Assembly: GCA_963720545.1 (NCBI GenBank)
Contig: OY970399.1
Coordinates: forward strand, 96,001-160,000
Length of the DNA: 64,000 nucleotides
Origin: an uncultured Acidobacteriota bacterium
Lineage (GTDB): Bacteria; Acidobacteriota; Vicinamibacteria; Fen-336
Direction of reading: 5' to 3'
In this document: in pieces, positions 1 to 9,316 of the stretch
Layout: each line of letters begins with the position of its first letter
Numbering within the stretch: position 1 is the first letter of the stretch
Notes under the pieces: model-generated
Seen by the model: only the letters and a program-made list of their open reading frames with translations
Databases searched by the model: none
Told to the model about the DNA's origin: nothing
Translations under genes and position numbers: made by a program

Positions 1-888
1 GAAGCGGATCGCCTCGATGGTGCCGCGCACCTCGCCGCTCACCGAAGCCCCGGTGGTGTTGCGCACGTCCACCGCCACGGTCAGCTTCGCGCTTGCCAGG
101 GTGCCGAGGTCGATCTCGCTCGAGACCGACGGATGGCGCAGCGCCAGCGGGCCGCTCTCGGTGAGGTAGACGTCGCCCCAGAGACCCATGTTCTTGTCGG
201 CCGGAGTCGGGTTCCAGTCGACCCACATGAAGGCGAGGTCGCCCGGGCCCGGCGCTTTCACCTGCACGGCGACCGCGTTCGGCGCGCCGGGTTTCAGCAG
301 GCGCGTGATGTCGAACTCGAAGCGGCGGAAGGCGCCCACGGCCTCCTGGTCGTTCGCGATGCGCGTGCCGTTCACCCAGATGTTGGCCCGGTAGTTGAGG
401 CCGTCGAAGTGCAGCCACACGCTGCGGCCGTCACCGGGAGCGGCGGTGAATTCCTTGCGAAACCACCACGGCACCGCGAACGGGCTGGTCGCCGGCATGT
501 CGATGAGGGTGAAGCGTTCGCCGATCTTGTACTCGGTGCCGGGAATGCCGCGCAGGTTCATCCCGAAGTACGGATCGGGGTACTTGCCGGCGGCCACCAG
601 CGCGCCGACGACCGTGTTGGGCACGGTGGTCTTCTGCCACGCCGCGGTGTCGTACCCGGGCTGCGACAACACTTCTCCCGACGCCTTGTCGACGGCGGAC
701 GATTGCAGCGCCCAGCCGGTGCCGAAGTCGGAAGAGGGAGGCGCGTCCGCGACGGCGAGGGGTGGTGTGCCAGCGGCCGATCCCGGCATCGCGGGAGCGA
801 AGAGCGGGGCAGCCGCGCTCGCGTGCTGCGCGGTGGCGCAGCAGCCGGCAACAGTCCCGAGGGTTATCAAAAGCCGCCGCATCCGCAT
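1..888 (-). CDS. Glycoside hydrolase family 2 (exo-beta-D-glucosaminidase/beta-mannosidase-like), secreted; runs off the left edge
   Basis: Absent from the ORF track (no stop in window). Manual minus-strand translation: MRMRRLLITLG...WALQSS...VPNTVVGAL...WWFRKEF...LHFDGLNYRANIWVNG...WVDWNPTPADKNMGLWGDV, typical of the GH2 N-terminal sugar-binding domain. GGAGG 8 nt upstream of the ATG. Confidence 0.85.
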   Translation of the reverse strand, partial: MRMRRLLITLGTVAGCCATAQHASAAAPLFAPAMPGSAAGTPPLAVADAPPSSDFGTGWALQSSAVDKASGEVLSQPGYDTAAWQKTTVPNTVVGALVAAGKYPDPYFGMNLRGIPGTEYKIGERFTLIDMPATSPFAVPWWFRKEFTAAPGDGRSVWLHFDGLNYRANIWVNGTRIANDQEAVGAFRRFEFDITRLLKPGAPNAVAVQVKAPGPGDLAFMWVDWNPTPADKNMGLWGDVYLTESGPLALRHPSVSSEIDLGTLASAKLTVAVDVRNTTGASVSGEVRGTIEAIRF

Positions 889-916
889 TCGATGTGCCTC
901 CGAGCCGCCGGGGCGG

Positions 917-946
917 AGGTTAGACGTTTCCGGGTGACCTTGGCAA
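917..946 (-). promoter_or_regulatory. Putative sigma70-type promoter of the GH2 gene (TTGCCA-N18-TAACCT)
   Basis: Read directly on the minus strand in the divergent intergenic region. Confidence 0.45.
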
Positions 947-947
947 T

Positions 948-969
948 ACTTTCTTAAGACGCTTTATTA
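948..969. promoter_or_regulatory. Putative ROK repressor operator, copy 1 (ACTTTCTTAAGACGCTTTATTA)
   Basis: 18/22 identical to 9281-9302; AT-rich island between the divergent GH2 and ROK genes. Confidence 0.6.
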
Positions 970-1024
970 TCGCTGTGGGCGCGCGCTAGACTCCGCGCGC
1001 GGGCGAGGTGCGGAGGCACCGCAA

Positions 1025-2245
1025 GTGGCGACTGAAAAGCAGCAACCGGCGGCCGAGGCGGCGCGCGCCGCGCATGTTCGCGGCATGAACCTCGAACGCC
1101 TCTTCGGCGTGGCGATGGCGCAGGATGGCCGCTTCACGCGCGCGGAGCTGATCGCAGCAACCAGCCTGTCGGCGCCGACCGTAGGCGCGCTGTCTTCGGC
1201 GCTCATCGAGCGCGGCCTGCTGCGCGACCTCGGCATCGGCCCGTCGAGCGGCGGGCGTCGTCCGTCGTTCATGGAGTTCAACGCGCGCCACAGCTACGTC
1301 GCCGCCATCGACATCGGTGCTGCCAGCACGCGACTCGCGGTCGCCGACCTGCGCGGCGAACCCGTCGCGCGCCGCACTCTGCCAACACCCACCGCGCAAC
1401 GGCCGCTCGCGATGCTGCGCTCGCTCACCGCCGAGCTGCGCACCCTGCTGAAGGACGAAGGCGTGCCGCTCGACAAGGTGCGGGTGGCCGCGGTCGGCGT
1501 CCCGGGCGCAGTCGATCGCGAGAACGGCGTGGTGGTTGCGCTGGCGCCGAACCTCAAGGGCTGGTCGCGCGTGCCGGTGGGCGCGACGCTGAAGAAGGCG
1601 CTGGGCGTGCCGGTGGTGGTCGAGAACGACGTCAACCTCGCGATCCTCGCCGAGCGCTGGCGCGGCGCCGCCCAGGGCCACGACACCTGCGCCTACGTCA
1701 CGCTCGGCACCGGTATCGGCGCCGGCATCATCGTCGACGGCGCGCTGCACCACGGTCATCACTATCTCGCGGGCGAGATCGGCATCATGTGCATGGGGCC
1801 GCAGTTCGTCGAGGACGACTTCGGCACGCGCGGCTGCCTCGAAACGCTCGCCGGCCTCAAGTCGGTGGGCGCGCGCTGGCACGCTGTTGGCGGAAGCAAC
1901 GGCAACGGCGCAGGCGAGCTGGGCGCGCTGTTCGCGGCGGCGCGTGGCGGCGACCCGCAGGCGGCGCGGATCCTCAAGGAGACGTTCACGCTCATCGGCA
2001 TGGCGGTCGCGAACCTCAGTGTCGTCATCGACCCGTCACTGGTGGTGCTCGGCGGCGCGCTGGCGTCGCAGGATGGAGCGCTGCTGGACGAGGTGCGGCG
2101 CATTGTCTCGCGCATCATTCCCGCGCCCAGCGCCATCGTCACTTCGGAGCTGGGAGAGGAGGCGCCGTTGTGGGGCGCCATCCTGGTGGCGCAGGAGGAA
2201 GCGGCGCGGCGCATTCGCCGCCAGCTGCGCATGGCCCGCGGCTAG
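1025..2245 (+). CDS. ROK family transcriptional repressor (NagC/XylR-like)
   Basis: N-terminal HTH (TRAELIAATSLSAPTV...GGRRP); ROK motifs ENDVN, GTGIGAG, AGEIG, GCLE. Confidence 0.92.
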   Translation: MATEKQQPAAEAARAAHVRGMNLERLFGVAMAQDGRFTRAELIAATSLSAPTVGALSSALIERGLLRDLGIGPSSGGRRPSFMEFNARHSYVAAIDIGAASTRLAVADLRGEPVARRTLPTPTAQRPLAMLRSLTAELRTLLKDEGVPLDKVRVAAVGVPGAVDRENGVVVALAPNLKGWSRVPVGATLKKALGVPVVVENDVNLAILAERWRGAAQGHDTCAYVTLGTGIGAGIIVDGALHHGHHYLAGEIGIMCMGPQFVEDDFGTRGCLETLAGLKSVGARWHAVGGSNGNGAGELGALFAAARGGDPQAARILKETFTLIGMAVANLSVVIDPSLVVLGGALASQDGALLDEVRRIVSRIIPAPSAIVTSELGEEAPLWGAILVAQEEAARRIRRQLRMARG

Positions 2246-2291
2246 CGCGCAGCGCGCTGTTCCCATTGGCGCGCCGCGCGGGCGCGACGGG

Positions 2292-3956
2292 TCACCGCCC
2301 CTGTTCGATCGTTACGATCTGGTCGGCGCGCACGGTCTCGCGCCGCGTGGTCGTGCCGTCGGGCCAGCGCACCTCGATGCTGTCGACGGCCGCGGCCGCG
2401 CCCAGCCCGAAGTGCTGCCGCATGTCGTCCTGCGAGATGTAGCTCGTGCCACTGCGCACCACGCGTATCTGGCTGCGGGCACCGGTGCGCACCGTGACGA
2501 TGGCGCCGAGCGCGTCGCGGTTGCCGCCCTGGCCGCGCAGCTTGACGAGCAGCCAGTGGCCGGCCGCAGCACCCTCGTTGCGCAGCACCTGCGGCACGCC
2601 GTCGAGGTCGTTGATCACGAGGTCGAGGCGGCCGTCGTTGTCGAGGTCGCCGGCCGCGAGGCCGCGGCTCACGCGCGGTTCGCTCAGCACCGGCCCGTAA
2701 TTCATCGACACGTCCTCGAAGGTACCGTCGCCGCGGTTGTTGTGATAGAGCAGCTTCCTCTGCCGATAGCCGGCCGAGGCGCCGAGCCGCGCCTGGTCGA
2801 GCTGCGGGTAGACATGGCCGTTGACGGCGATCAGGTCTTCCCAGCTGTCGTTGTCGTAGTCGAAGAACGCCGTGCCCCAGCCGACGTAGGGCAGGCTCGA
2901 GGCGGCGGTCCTGGAGGCGAAGGAAACGTCGGTGAAATGGTCGCCGTCGTTGCGGTAGAGCGCGTTGTACTCCTCGGCGAAGTTGGTGACGAAGAGGCTG
3001 AAGCGGCCGCTCGCGTTGTAGTCGCCGATTGCAACCCCCATGCTGCCCTGCTCGGCGCCGTCCTCGCTCACCGCCACGCCTTGCGGGAAGGCGCTCTCCT
3101 TGAACGTCCCGTCCTTCTGGTTGAGGTAGAGGAAGTTCGGCGTCGAGTCGTTGGCGACGTAGAGATCCGGCCAGCCATCGGCGTTCGCGTCGAACCAGGC
3201 GATGCCCAGCCCGAAGTAGCCGCGCGGATCGGCGACTCCGGCCTTGGCCCCGACTTCGCTGAAGCGTCCCGAGCCATCGTTGTGGAACAGCAAGTCGCCT
3301 TCGCCCGGAAGTCCGCGCGGGCCGCACTGCACGGCGACGCCACGGTACTGGCAGGTCTTGCCCATGCCGAATTCGGGAAGCGCGTCGAGGTCGATCTTCA
3401 CGTAGCGGCTCACGAACAGGTCGAGCCGCCCGTCGTGATCGTAGTCGGCGAAGCCGCAGCCGGCGGCCCAGCCCGAGCCCGCGACACCGGATTTCTCGGT
3501 GACGTCCTCGAAAACTCCGCCACCCTTGTTGCGATAGAGCTTGTTGCCGCCGAGCGCGGTGACGTAGACGTCGGCCCAGCCGTCGGCATCGTAGTCGGCG
3601 ACGCACACGCCCATGCCCCAGCCCGGATGGCCGACGCCCGCCTTGTCGGTGACGTCCTCGAACTGCCAGTTGCCCTTGTTGCGGTAGAGCGCGCTGCGCG
3701 CCGCCTTCGGGTCGCGCGCGGTCGCGACCGTGAGCGAATCGACGAAATAGATGTCGAGCAGTCCGTCATTGTCGAAGTCGAAGAGCGCGACACCGCCGCT
3801 CATCGACTCGACGATGTACTTCTTCTCGGGGTCGGCGTGATGGCGAAACGTGATTCCCGCGGCGGCGGCCACATCGCGAAACAGCACCGGGGTTTCGGCG
3901 CCCGCGGCGATGGCGGTGAGTGCGGCCGCGGCGCAGAGAAGCACAGCGATCTTCAC
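2292..3956 (-). CDS. CRTAC1 family protein (FG-GAP repeats plus C-terminal ASPIC/UnbV domain), secreted
   Basis: Repeated DxDxDGxxD motifs; C-terminal SYISQDD..HFGLG..IEVRWP. Start moved to GTG 3956 (GTGA overlap with the upstream gene, followed by a signal peptide). Confidence 0.9.
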   Translation of the reverse strand: MKIAVLLCAAAALTAIAAGAETPVLFRDVAAAAGITFRHHADPEKKYIVESMSGGVALFDFDNDGLLDIYFVDSLTVATARDPKAARSALYRNKGNWQFEDVTDKAGVGHPGWGMGVCVADYDADGWADVYVTALGGNKLYRNKGGGVFEDVTEKSGVAGSGWAAGCGFADYDHDGRLDLFVSRYVKIDLDALPEFGMGKTCQYRGVAVQCGPRGLPGEGDLLFHNDGSGRFSEVGAKAGVADPRGYFGLGIAWFDANADGWPDLYVANDSTPNFLYLNQKDGTFKESAFPQGVAVSEDGAEQGSMGVAIGDYNASGRFSLFVTNFAEEYNALYRNDGDHFTDVSFASRTAASSLPYVGWGTAFFDYDNDSWEDLIAVNGHVYPQLDQARLGASAGYRQRKLLYHNNRGDGTFEDVSMNYGPVLSEPRVSRGLAAGDLDNDGRLDLVINDLDGVPQVLRNEGAAAGHWLLVKLRGQGGNRDALGAIVTVRTGARSQIRVVRSGTSYISQDDMRQHFGLGAAAAVDSIEVRWPDGTTTRRETVRADQIVTIEQGR

Positions 3957-4930
3957 TGCCGCGTCCGGTTGCCGGCGCCTTCGCCTGTGGCACTGCGCAG
4001 CTCTGCCAGCTGTTTCTCCATCGCGCGCAGCGCCCCGGTGTAGGCGGCACGTTCGCGTTCGGCGGAGGCTGCGTCGCCCGAGCGCTCGTAGGCGATGCTC
4101 AGCTGATAGTGAGCCTTGGCCGACGCCGGATCCGCGGCGACCGCACTCGCAAGCGCTGCAACCGCCTCCGGATAGCGCGCCTGCTGGATCCGCAGCATCC
4201 CGAGCGCGACATTGGCGGCGGCGTCGCCGGGCCGCGCGGCGAGAGCGCGGGCGGCATGCGCGTCGGCGCCCGCGAGGTCGCCAAGCCCCACCTCGGCCTC
4301 GGCGAGCGCCGCAAGCGCGTCGGCGCTCTCGGGCAGCGACAGCAGGCCACGGACCAGCACCGGCCGGGCCTCGGAATACTGTTTGCGGACGTTGTGAGCG
4401 ATGCCGAGCGCGACCAGGGTGAGCGCGTTGTCGGGAGCAAGCTCCGCGGCACGCAACAGGTCGTCGGTCGCGGCCACGGGGTCGCCGGCCTGCAGGCGCG
4501 CCACTCCTTTCAGGTAGTGATACTCGCCGACACCCGGCCACATGCGGGTGAGCGGTTCGAGCGCCTGCACGGCGGCAATCGGCGCGTGCGCCGTGAGCGC
4601 GGCCTCGGCCTGCGCCTGCAAAACGTCCTCCGCGGAAGGCGCCAGTTCACGGGCGCGGCGCAGCGTCTCGAGGGCGCCCGCGGTGTCGCCGCCGGCGGCG
4701 CGCACGCGCGCGAGCCGCAGCAGGATCTCGACCGACTCGACGCGCGCGGCCGCGGCGGACAGCGTCTTGATGGCGTCGCCGCGCCGTCCCGCGGCAAGCG
4801 CCGCATCGGCTTCGGCGAACGCCTGCTGCCGCACCGACGCAACGGAAACGGCGGCCGCGGCGTTCGCGGCAGTCGTCGTGACGACGCAGATCGATGCGAT
4901 CGCCAGCAGCGCGGCGGGCAGTCTTCTCAA
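3953..4930 (-). CDS. Secreted tetratricopeptide repeat protein
   Basis: Signal peptide; TPR-like repeats ([13 protein letters not shown]); 4-nt overlaps with both neighbours. Confidence 0.8.
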   Translation of the reverse strand: MRRLPAALLAIASICVVTTTAANAAAAVSVASVRQQAFAEADAALAAGRRGDAIKTLSAAAARVESVEILLRLARVRAAGGDTAGALETLRRARELAPSAEDVLQAQAEAALTAHAPIAAVQALEPLTRMWPGVGEYHYLKGVARLQAGDPVAATDDLLRAAELAPDNALTLVALGIAHNVRKQYSEARPVLVRGLLSLPESADALAALAEAEVGLGDLAGADAHAARALAARPGDAAANVALGMLRIQQARYPEAVAALASAVAADPASAKAHYQLSIAYERSGDAASAERERAAYTGALRAMEKQLAELRSATGEGAGNRTRQ

Positions 4931-7155
4931 GGTGTTGCGCCTCGTTTCTTGTCCTTGAGGTTACGGAAGATCTCGAACTGCTGCTCGGCCTCCTGCGTGC
5001 GGCCGAGCTTCTGCAGCGCCTTGCCGAGCTGGTAGTGCACGTTCGCGTCGTCCGGCGAGAGCTTCGCGGCGGCTTCGAGGTGCAGGGCGGCTTCGCCGGC
5101 ATCTCCGGATGCGACCAGGAGCTTGCCCAGCAGGTAGCGGGCCTCGCCCATGTCGGGCTGCGACTGGAGCAGCGAGCGCAGGAGCGGCACGGCTTCGTCC
5201 GACTTGCCGGTGAGTTCGAGCACCGAGGCGAGATTCTGCCGCGAACGGAAGTCCTGCGGATGTGAAGCCACTTCCGCGCGCAGCCGCGCTTCAGCCTCGT
5301 CGAGCTTCCCTTGCTTCAGGTACAGGACGCCAAGCGTGCCGTTGGCCTCGGCGACATCCGGTTTCAATTCGAGCGCGCGCGTCAGTGAACGCACCGCCGC
5401 GTCGTAGTCGCCTTGCGCGGCGTGCGCCTGTCCCAGGACCACATGGATCTCGGCAGATTCGCCCGCCCCGGTTTCGAGCCCCGCGAACACGCGTTCCGCT
5501 TCGCCGGCGCGATTGCTGCGCACCAGCGCGGCGCCGTAGGTGAACTGCAGCGACGGGTCGGCCTCGCGCGCCGGGTCGTCGCGCAGCAGGTCGGCGGCCT
5601 GCGTGTAGTCGCCGGAGTTGAAGGACGCGAGCGCCAGCATCCGCCGCGATGCCGCGTCGCCCGGCTCCGCGGCGACGGCATTCGCAAGCGCAGGTGCCGC
5701 TTCCTTGAAGCGCCCCGCGTTGAAGAGCGAAACGCCGAGCGCTCTCTGCATTTGTGGAAACGCCGGTGCCACTTCGGCGCCCAGCGACAGCAGCGACGCC
5801 GCACGGTCGAAGCGGGCGGCCTGCGCATGCACCACCCCGAGGTTGAAGAGCGCCCTGGCGACCGCATCGCGCGCGTGCGCTTCAGCGGCACCGAGCGCGG
5901 CGTCGTTGCCGTCCCTGTCCGCGGCATTGCCGAGGAGGGAAGCGATCGCCGTTTCGGCCACCTGCTCGGTCGGCGCGTCGCTCATGTAGCGCGCAAGGTC
6001 GTCGCGCGAACTCGACGCGCGCTCGGCTGAGGTGCTCTCCGCGGCAGCAAAGTGCGTCGCCGCCTCGGTGCCGCGGCCCAGCCGGCGCAGAGCGGTGGCG
6101 AGCTGATAGTGGGCGCCGCCCAGGCGCGAGGCGTCCACCGGCGGCACTGCCATCGCGGACACCGCCTTTTGCAGCGTTTCGGCGGCCTCTGGTGCGTTGC
6201 CAAGGGCCAGCTGGCAGCGGCCCAGGTAGAGCAGTGCGTCCGGGTCGGGATGAGGCCGCCCGGCCGCGGAACGGAGCAGCGGCAACGCCTCAGCAGGTTG
6301 GCGTGCCTCGACCAGCGCCATGCCGAGGCGCAGGTTGATGAGCGGCTCGTCGGGCGAGAGCGCCAGCTCCTTGCGAAAATGAGCGATCGCCGAGTCGAGC
6401 CCGGCCGTGCCGCGATCGGTGACGTCGATCATGCCGAGGTAGTAGTGAGCGTGGCGGACGCGCGGATCCGCGGCGAGCGCCTGCTCGAGCGGCGGCCGGG
6501 CACGGTCGAAGTCGCCGAAGTCGCGGTACGTGCGCCCTATGAGGACTTTGGTCTGTGGAATCGGCCGCAGGGTGAGGAGGCGCGTGAAGAGCTTCTCCGC
6601 GGCCTCCGGTTTCTGGACGCGCAGATAACCGCCGGCGAGGGCGAAGAGCATCTCGGCGTCGTCCGGATCGGCGCCATAGCCTTCCTCCAGTTCCTGCACC
6701 GCCTCCGCGGGGCGGCCGGCGGCCACCAGCGCCTGCGCCAGCATCAGGCGTCCGTCGCGGTCGTTCGGATGACGCGCGAGCTCCCGGGTGAGTGTGCCGA
6801 TCGCCGCTTCGGCATCGCGGCGCCCCAGCTGCAGCAGCGCGATGCTGTGCGCCGGCCGGGTCGTCTCTTCCGAGGATGCCGCGGCATGCTGAAACGCCGC
6901 GAGCGCCTCGTCGCTACGCCCCTTCGCCTGCAGCGCCGCGCCGATCGCGAGGAACCCTTCGGTGAGGGCCGCGCGGTAGCGGCTCTCGGCCAGCTGCAGT
7001 TCGCCGTCGCGAAGGCTGGCCTCGGCCGCCGCCATGAGTGCATCGAGTGGCGCAGCGGGCGATTGCGCGGGCCGCGGCGGCGCCGCGGGCGCCTGTGCCG
7101 GTAGCGTAGGCGCCGCGACCAGCAACAGCGCCGCAGCCGGCATCACCAGTTTCAC
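4927..7155 (-). CDS. Large secreted tetratricopeptide repeat protein
   Basis: Signal peptide; many TPR units (AHYYLG, ARYLLG, VHYQLGKAL). Confidence 0.85.
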   Translation of the reverse strand: MKLVMPAAALLLVAAPTLPAQAPAAPPRPAQSPAAPLDALMAAAEASLRDGELQLAESRYRAALTEGFLAIGAALQAKGRSDEALAAFQHAAASSEETTRPAHSIALLQLGRRDAEAAIGTLTRELARHPNDRDGRLMLAQALVAAGRPAEAVQELEEGYGADPDDAEMLFALAGGYLRVQKPEAAEKLFTRLLTLRPIPQTKVLIGRTYRDFGDFDRARPPLEQALAADPRVRHAHYYLGMIDVTDRGTAGLDSAIAHFRKELALSPDEPLINLRLGMALVEARQPAEALPLLRSAAGRPHPDPDALLYLGRCQLALGNAPEAAETLQKAVSAMAVPPVDASRLGGAHYQLATALRRLGRGTEAATHFAAAESTSAERASSSRDDLARYMSDAPTEQVAETAIASLLGNAADRDGNDAALGAAEAHARDAVARALFNLGVVHAQAARFDRAASLLSLGAEVAPAFPQMQRALGVSLFNAGRFKEAAPALANAVAAEPGDAASRRMLALASFNSGDYTQAADLLRDDPAREADPSLQFTYGAALVRSNRAGEAERVFAGLETGAGESAEIHVVLGQAHAAQGDYDAAVRSLTRALELKPDVAEANGTLGVLYLKQGKLDEAEARLRAEVASHPQDFRSRQNLASVLELTGKSDEAVPLLRSLLQSQPDMGEARYLLGKLLVASGDAGEAALHLEAAAKLSPDDANVHYQLGKALQKLGRTQEAEQQFEIFRNLKDKKRGATP

Positions 7156-9197
7156 TGCCGCGCCTCGCCGGAACTGGAATTGGCGATACCGAGCGCAACC
7201 GCGGCTTCGCGCTCGCGGCCCGCGTGCTTGAGGATCGCGGCCGATGCGACGATGCTGCGCTTCTCGGACGGGTCGGCGCGCAGCGCGGCGCGCCAGTGCG
7301 CACCCGCGGCATCGAGGTCGCCGGCCTGAGCGTCCATGAGTGCCAGCGAGGTGTGGGCGCGCGCGGCATCGGGACGCAGGGCGAGCGCATCGCGGAACGC
7401 CTTGCGCGCCTGCTGCGTGCGTCCGGCCATCAGCAGGATCGTGCCTTCCTGAACGAGCACGCGCACTGTGGGCGGCTTGCCACCGCCGGCGCGGGTGAGC
7501 GCGGTTGCGGCTTCGTCGAATCGACCCAGCCGCGCGAGTACCAGTGCCTGCGTGAGGAGCACATCCTGGTCGGCTGTCGATGCAGCGGTAAAGGGCTGAA
7601 GTACGCGCAGTGCCCCGGCGGCGTCGCCCAACTGCGCCAGCACCGTGGCGAGGAGCGTCGCGGCGTTGGCGTCGTCACGGCGCAGCGCCAGCGCCGCGCG
7701 CAGGGAGCCTTTCGCCCCGGTGAGGTCGCCGGCTTCCCGCTGCAGGTGAGCGAGGTAGAGATGCGAAACGGCCATCGAGGGCCGCATGCGTACGAGTTGC
7801 TCCGCCGCGACCATCGCGTCGTGCGGCCGTCCCTCCGCCTCCAGCGCCGCGACTTCCTGCAGCCGCGCATCGAGCAACATCAGGTTCTTGGGATCGTCCG
7901 CAGCGGAGTACGGCCTGTCGCTCGCGCCGCCGTTCGCCGAAACGTAGCCGAGCGCACGCAGGCGTTCGGCGTTCTCAGCGGTTTCTGCCGAAGCGCGCGC
8001 GGGCCGTTCTCCACGACGCAGGTCCGCGAGCAGGCGCTGCAGCGGGGCAGCGGCCGCCTTGTCGCCAGCGAGGTTCGTCCGCTCGGCAGAGTCATTGGCG
8101 AGGTCGTACAGCTCCGCGATCGGCAGGTCGACGTACTTCCGGTTGCCGGCGATGACGCCGCGCAACGGCGCCCAGCCGCGGCCGAGGTTTCCCGAGAGAG
8201 CCTCGAAGTAGCACGGTGCGGCCGCCAGCGCCTTGCCCCGAATCGCGGGCAGGAGGCTTCGCCCATCGAGGCCGCCAGGAATTTCGCCGCCGGCAGCCTC
8301 GAGGATGGTGGGAGCGATGTCCACGTGCCGCACGGCGTCTGTCACCACCGCGGGCGGGGCGCCGGCCATGGCAATGACGAGCGGCACGCGCAGCGTCGCT
8401 TCATAAGCGAGGATGCCGTGGGTCGCTTCGGCGTGTTCGCCGAGCGATTCGCCGTGGTCGCCGGTCGCGACCACCAGGGTGGCGCCGCCCGTGCGCCGCG
8501 CGAGAGCGTCGTCGATGAGCGGCGCCACCGCGCTGTCGGCCGCAGCGACGTCGTCCTGGTAGTTGGCATTGACGTACGGGAAGTGCGGCTCGTACACGTG
8601 CACCCACACGAACCAGGGCTGGCCCGCGGGCACCGCCGCGATGAATCGCCGTGCCCGCTCGACGGTCTCGGTTCCGGGTCGCGCCTGCTCCTGCAGGCCG
8701 GTACGCGGCTGGCTGCCGACGAACTCGTCGTCATAGACGTCGAAGCCCCGGTCGAGCCCGAAGCGGGCGGCAACCGGGAAGGCGCTGACGAAGGCACCCG
8801 TGTGGTAGCCGCGCCCCTTCAGCCACGTGGCCAGAGTGTTGGCGGTGGCGGGGAAGCGGAAGCCGCTGTTGTCCCGGACGCCGTGGTGAATCGGCAGCAG
8901 GCCCGAGAGGATGTTGGCGTGGCTTGGCAGGGTCACCACGTTGTGGGCGTGAGCGTTTGCGAACCGGGTGCCGGCCGCCGCCAGCCGGTCGAGGGCGGGC
9001 GTCCGGGCCGCGGCGCCGCGCCGGTAGCAGCCGACCGAGTCGGCGCGCAAGGTGTCGATCGTGATGAGCAAAACGCTGGTCGCCGGGCCTGCCGGCGGCA
9101 CCCGTTTTGCGGGTTCGGACGACCGTCCACAGGCCGGGAACAGCGCCAAGGCGATGACTGGAACGACCAGGATTGTGGCGCTGAGGCGTCTGCGCAT
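7152..9197 (-). CDS. Sulfatase-like (alkaline phosphatase superfamily) hydrolase fused to TPRs, probable lipoprotein
   Basis: LLITIDTLRAD, TLPSHANILSG, GDHGESLGEH, ELYDL motifs; lipobox-like FPAC; C-terminal TPRs. Confidence 0.88.
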   Translation of the reverse strand: MRRRLSATILVVPVIALALFPACGRSSEPAKRVPPAGPATSVLLITIDTLRADSVGCYRRGAAARTPALDRLAAAGTRFANAHAHNVVTLPSHANILSGLLPIHHGVRDNSGFRFPATANTLATWLKGRGYHTGAFVSAFPVAARFGLDRGFDVYDDEFVGSQPRTGLQEQARPGTETVERARRFIAAVPAGQPWFVWVHVYEPHFPYVNANYQDDVAAADSAVAPLIDDALARRTGGATLVVATGDHGESLGEHAEATHGILAYEATLRVPLVIAMAGAPPAVVTDAVRHVDIAPTILEAAGGEIPGGLDGRSLLPAIRGKALAAAPCYFEALSGNLGRGWAPLRGVIAGNRKYVDLPIAELYDLANDSAERTNLAGDKAAAAPLQRLLADLRRGERPARASAETAENAERLRALGYVSANGGASDRPYSAADDPKNLMLLDARLQEVAALEAEGRPHDAMVAAEQLVRMRPSMAVSHLYLAHLQREAGDLTGAKGSLRAALALRRDDANAATLLATVLAQLGDAAGALRVLQPFTAASTADQDVLLTQALVLARLGRFDEAATALTRAGGGKPPTVRVLVQEGTILLMAGRTQQARKAFRDALALRPDAARAHTSLALMDAQAGDLDAAGAHWRAALRADPSEKRSIVASAAILKHAGREREAAVALGIANSSSGEARQ

Positions 9198-9249
9198 GGG
9201 ATCGCGACATGGTACTTCGTGGTCGCTCCCGGTGCGTCACACAAAAGTC

Positions 9250-9279
9250 TTGACAACCTTGGCGGTTTTCGTCTAAATA
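9250..9279 (+). promoter_or_regulatory. Putative promoter of the TonB-dependent receptor (TTGACA-N18-TAAATA)
   Basis: Perfect -35 hexamer at 9250-9255; weak -10. Confidence 0.45.
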
Positions 9280-9280
9280 C

Positions 9281-9302
9281 ACTTTTTAAAGACGTTTAAT
9301 TA
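9281..9302. promoter_or_regulatory. Putative ROK repressor operator, copy 2 (ACTTTTTAAAGACGTTTAATTA)
   Basis: 18/22 identical to 948-969; lies between the putative -10 and the RBS of the receptor gene. Confidence 0.6.
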
Positions 9303-9316
9303 ACGGCGAGGGGACC

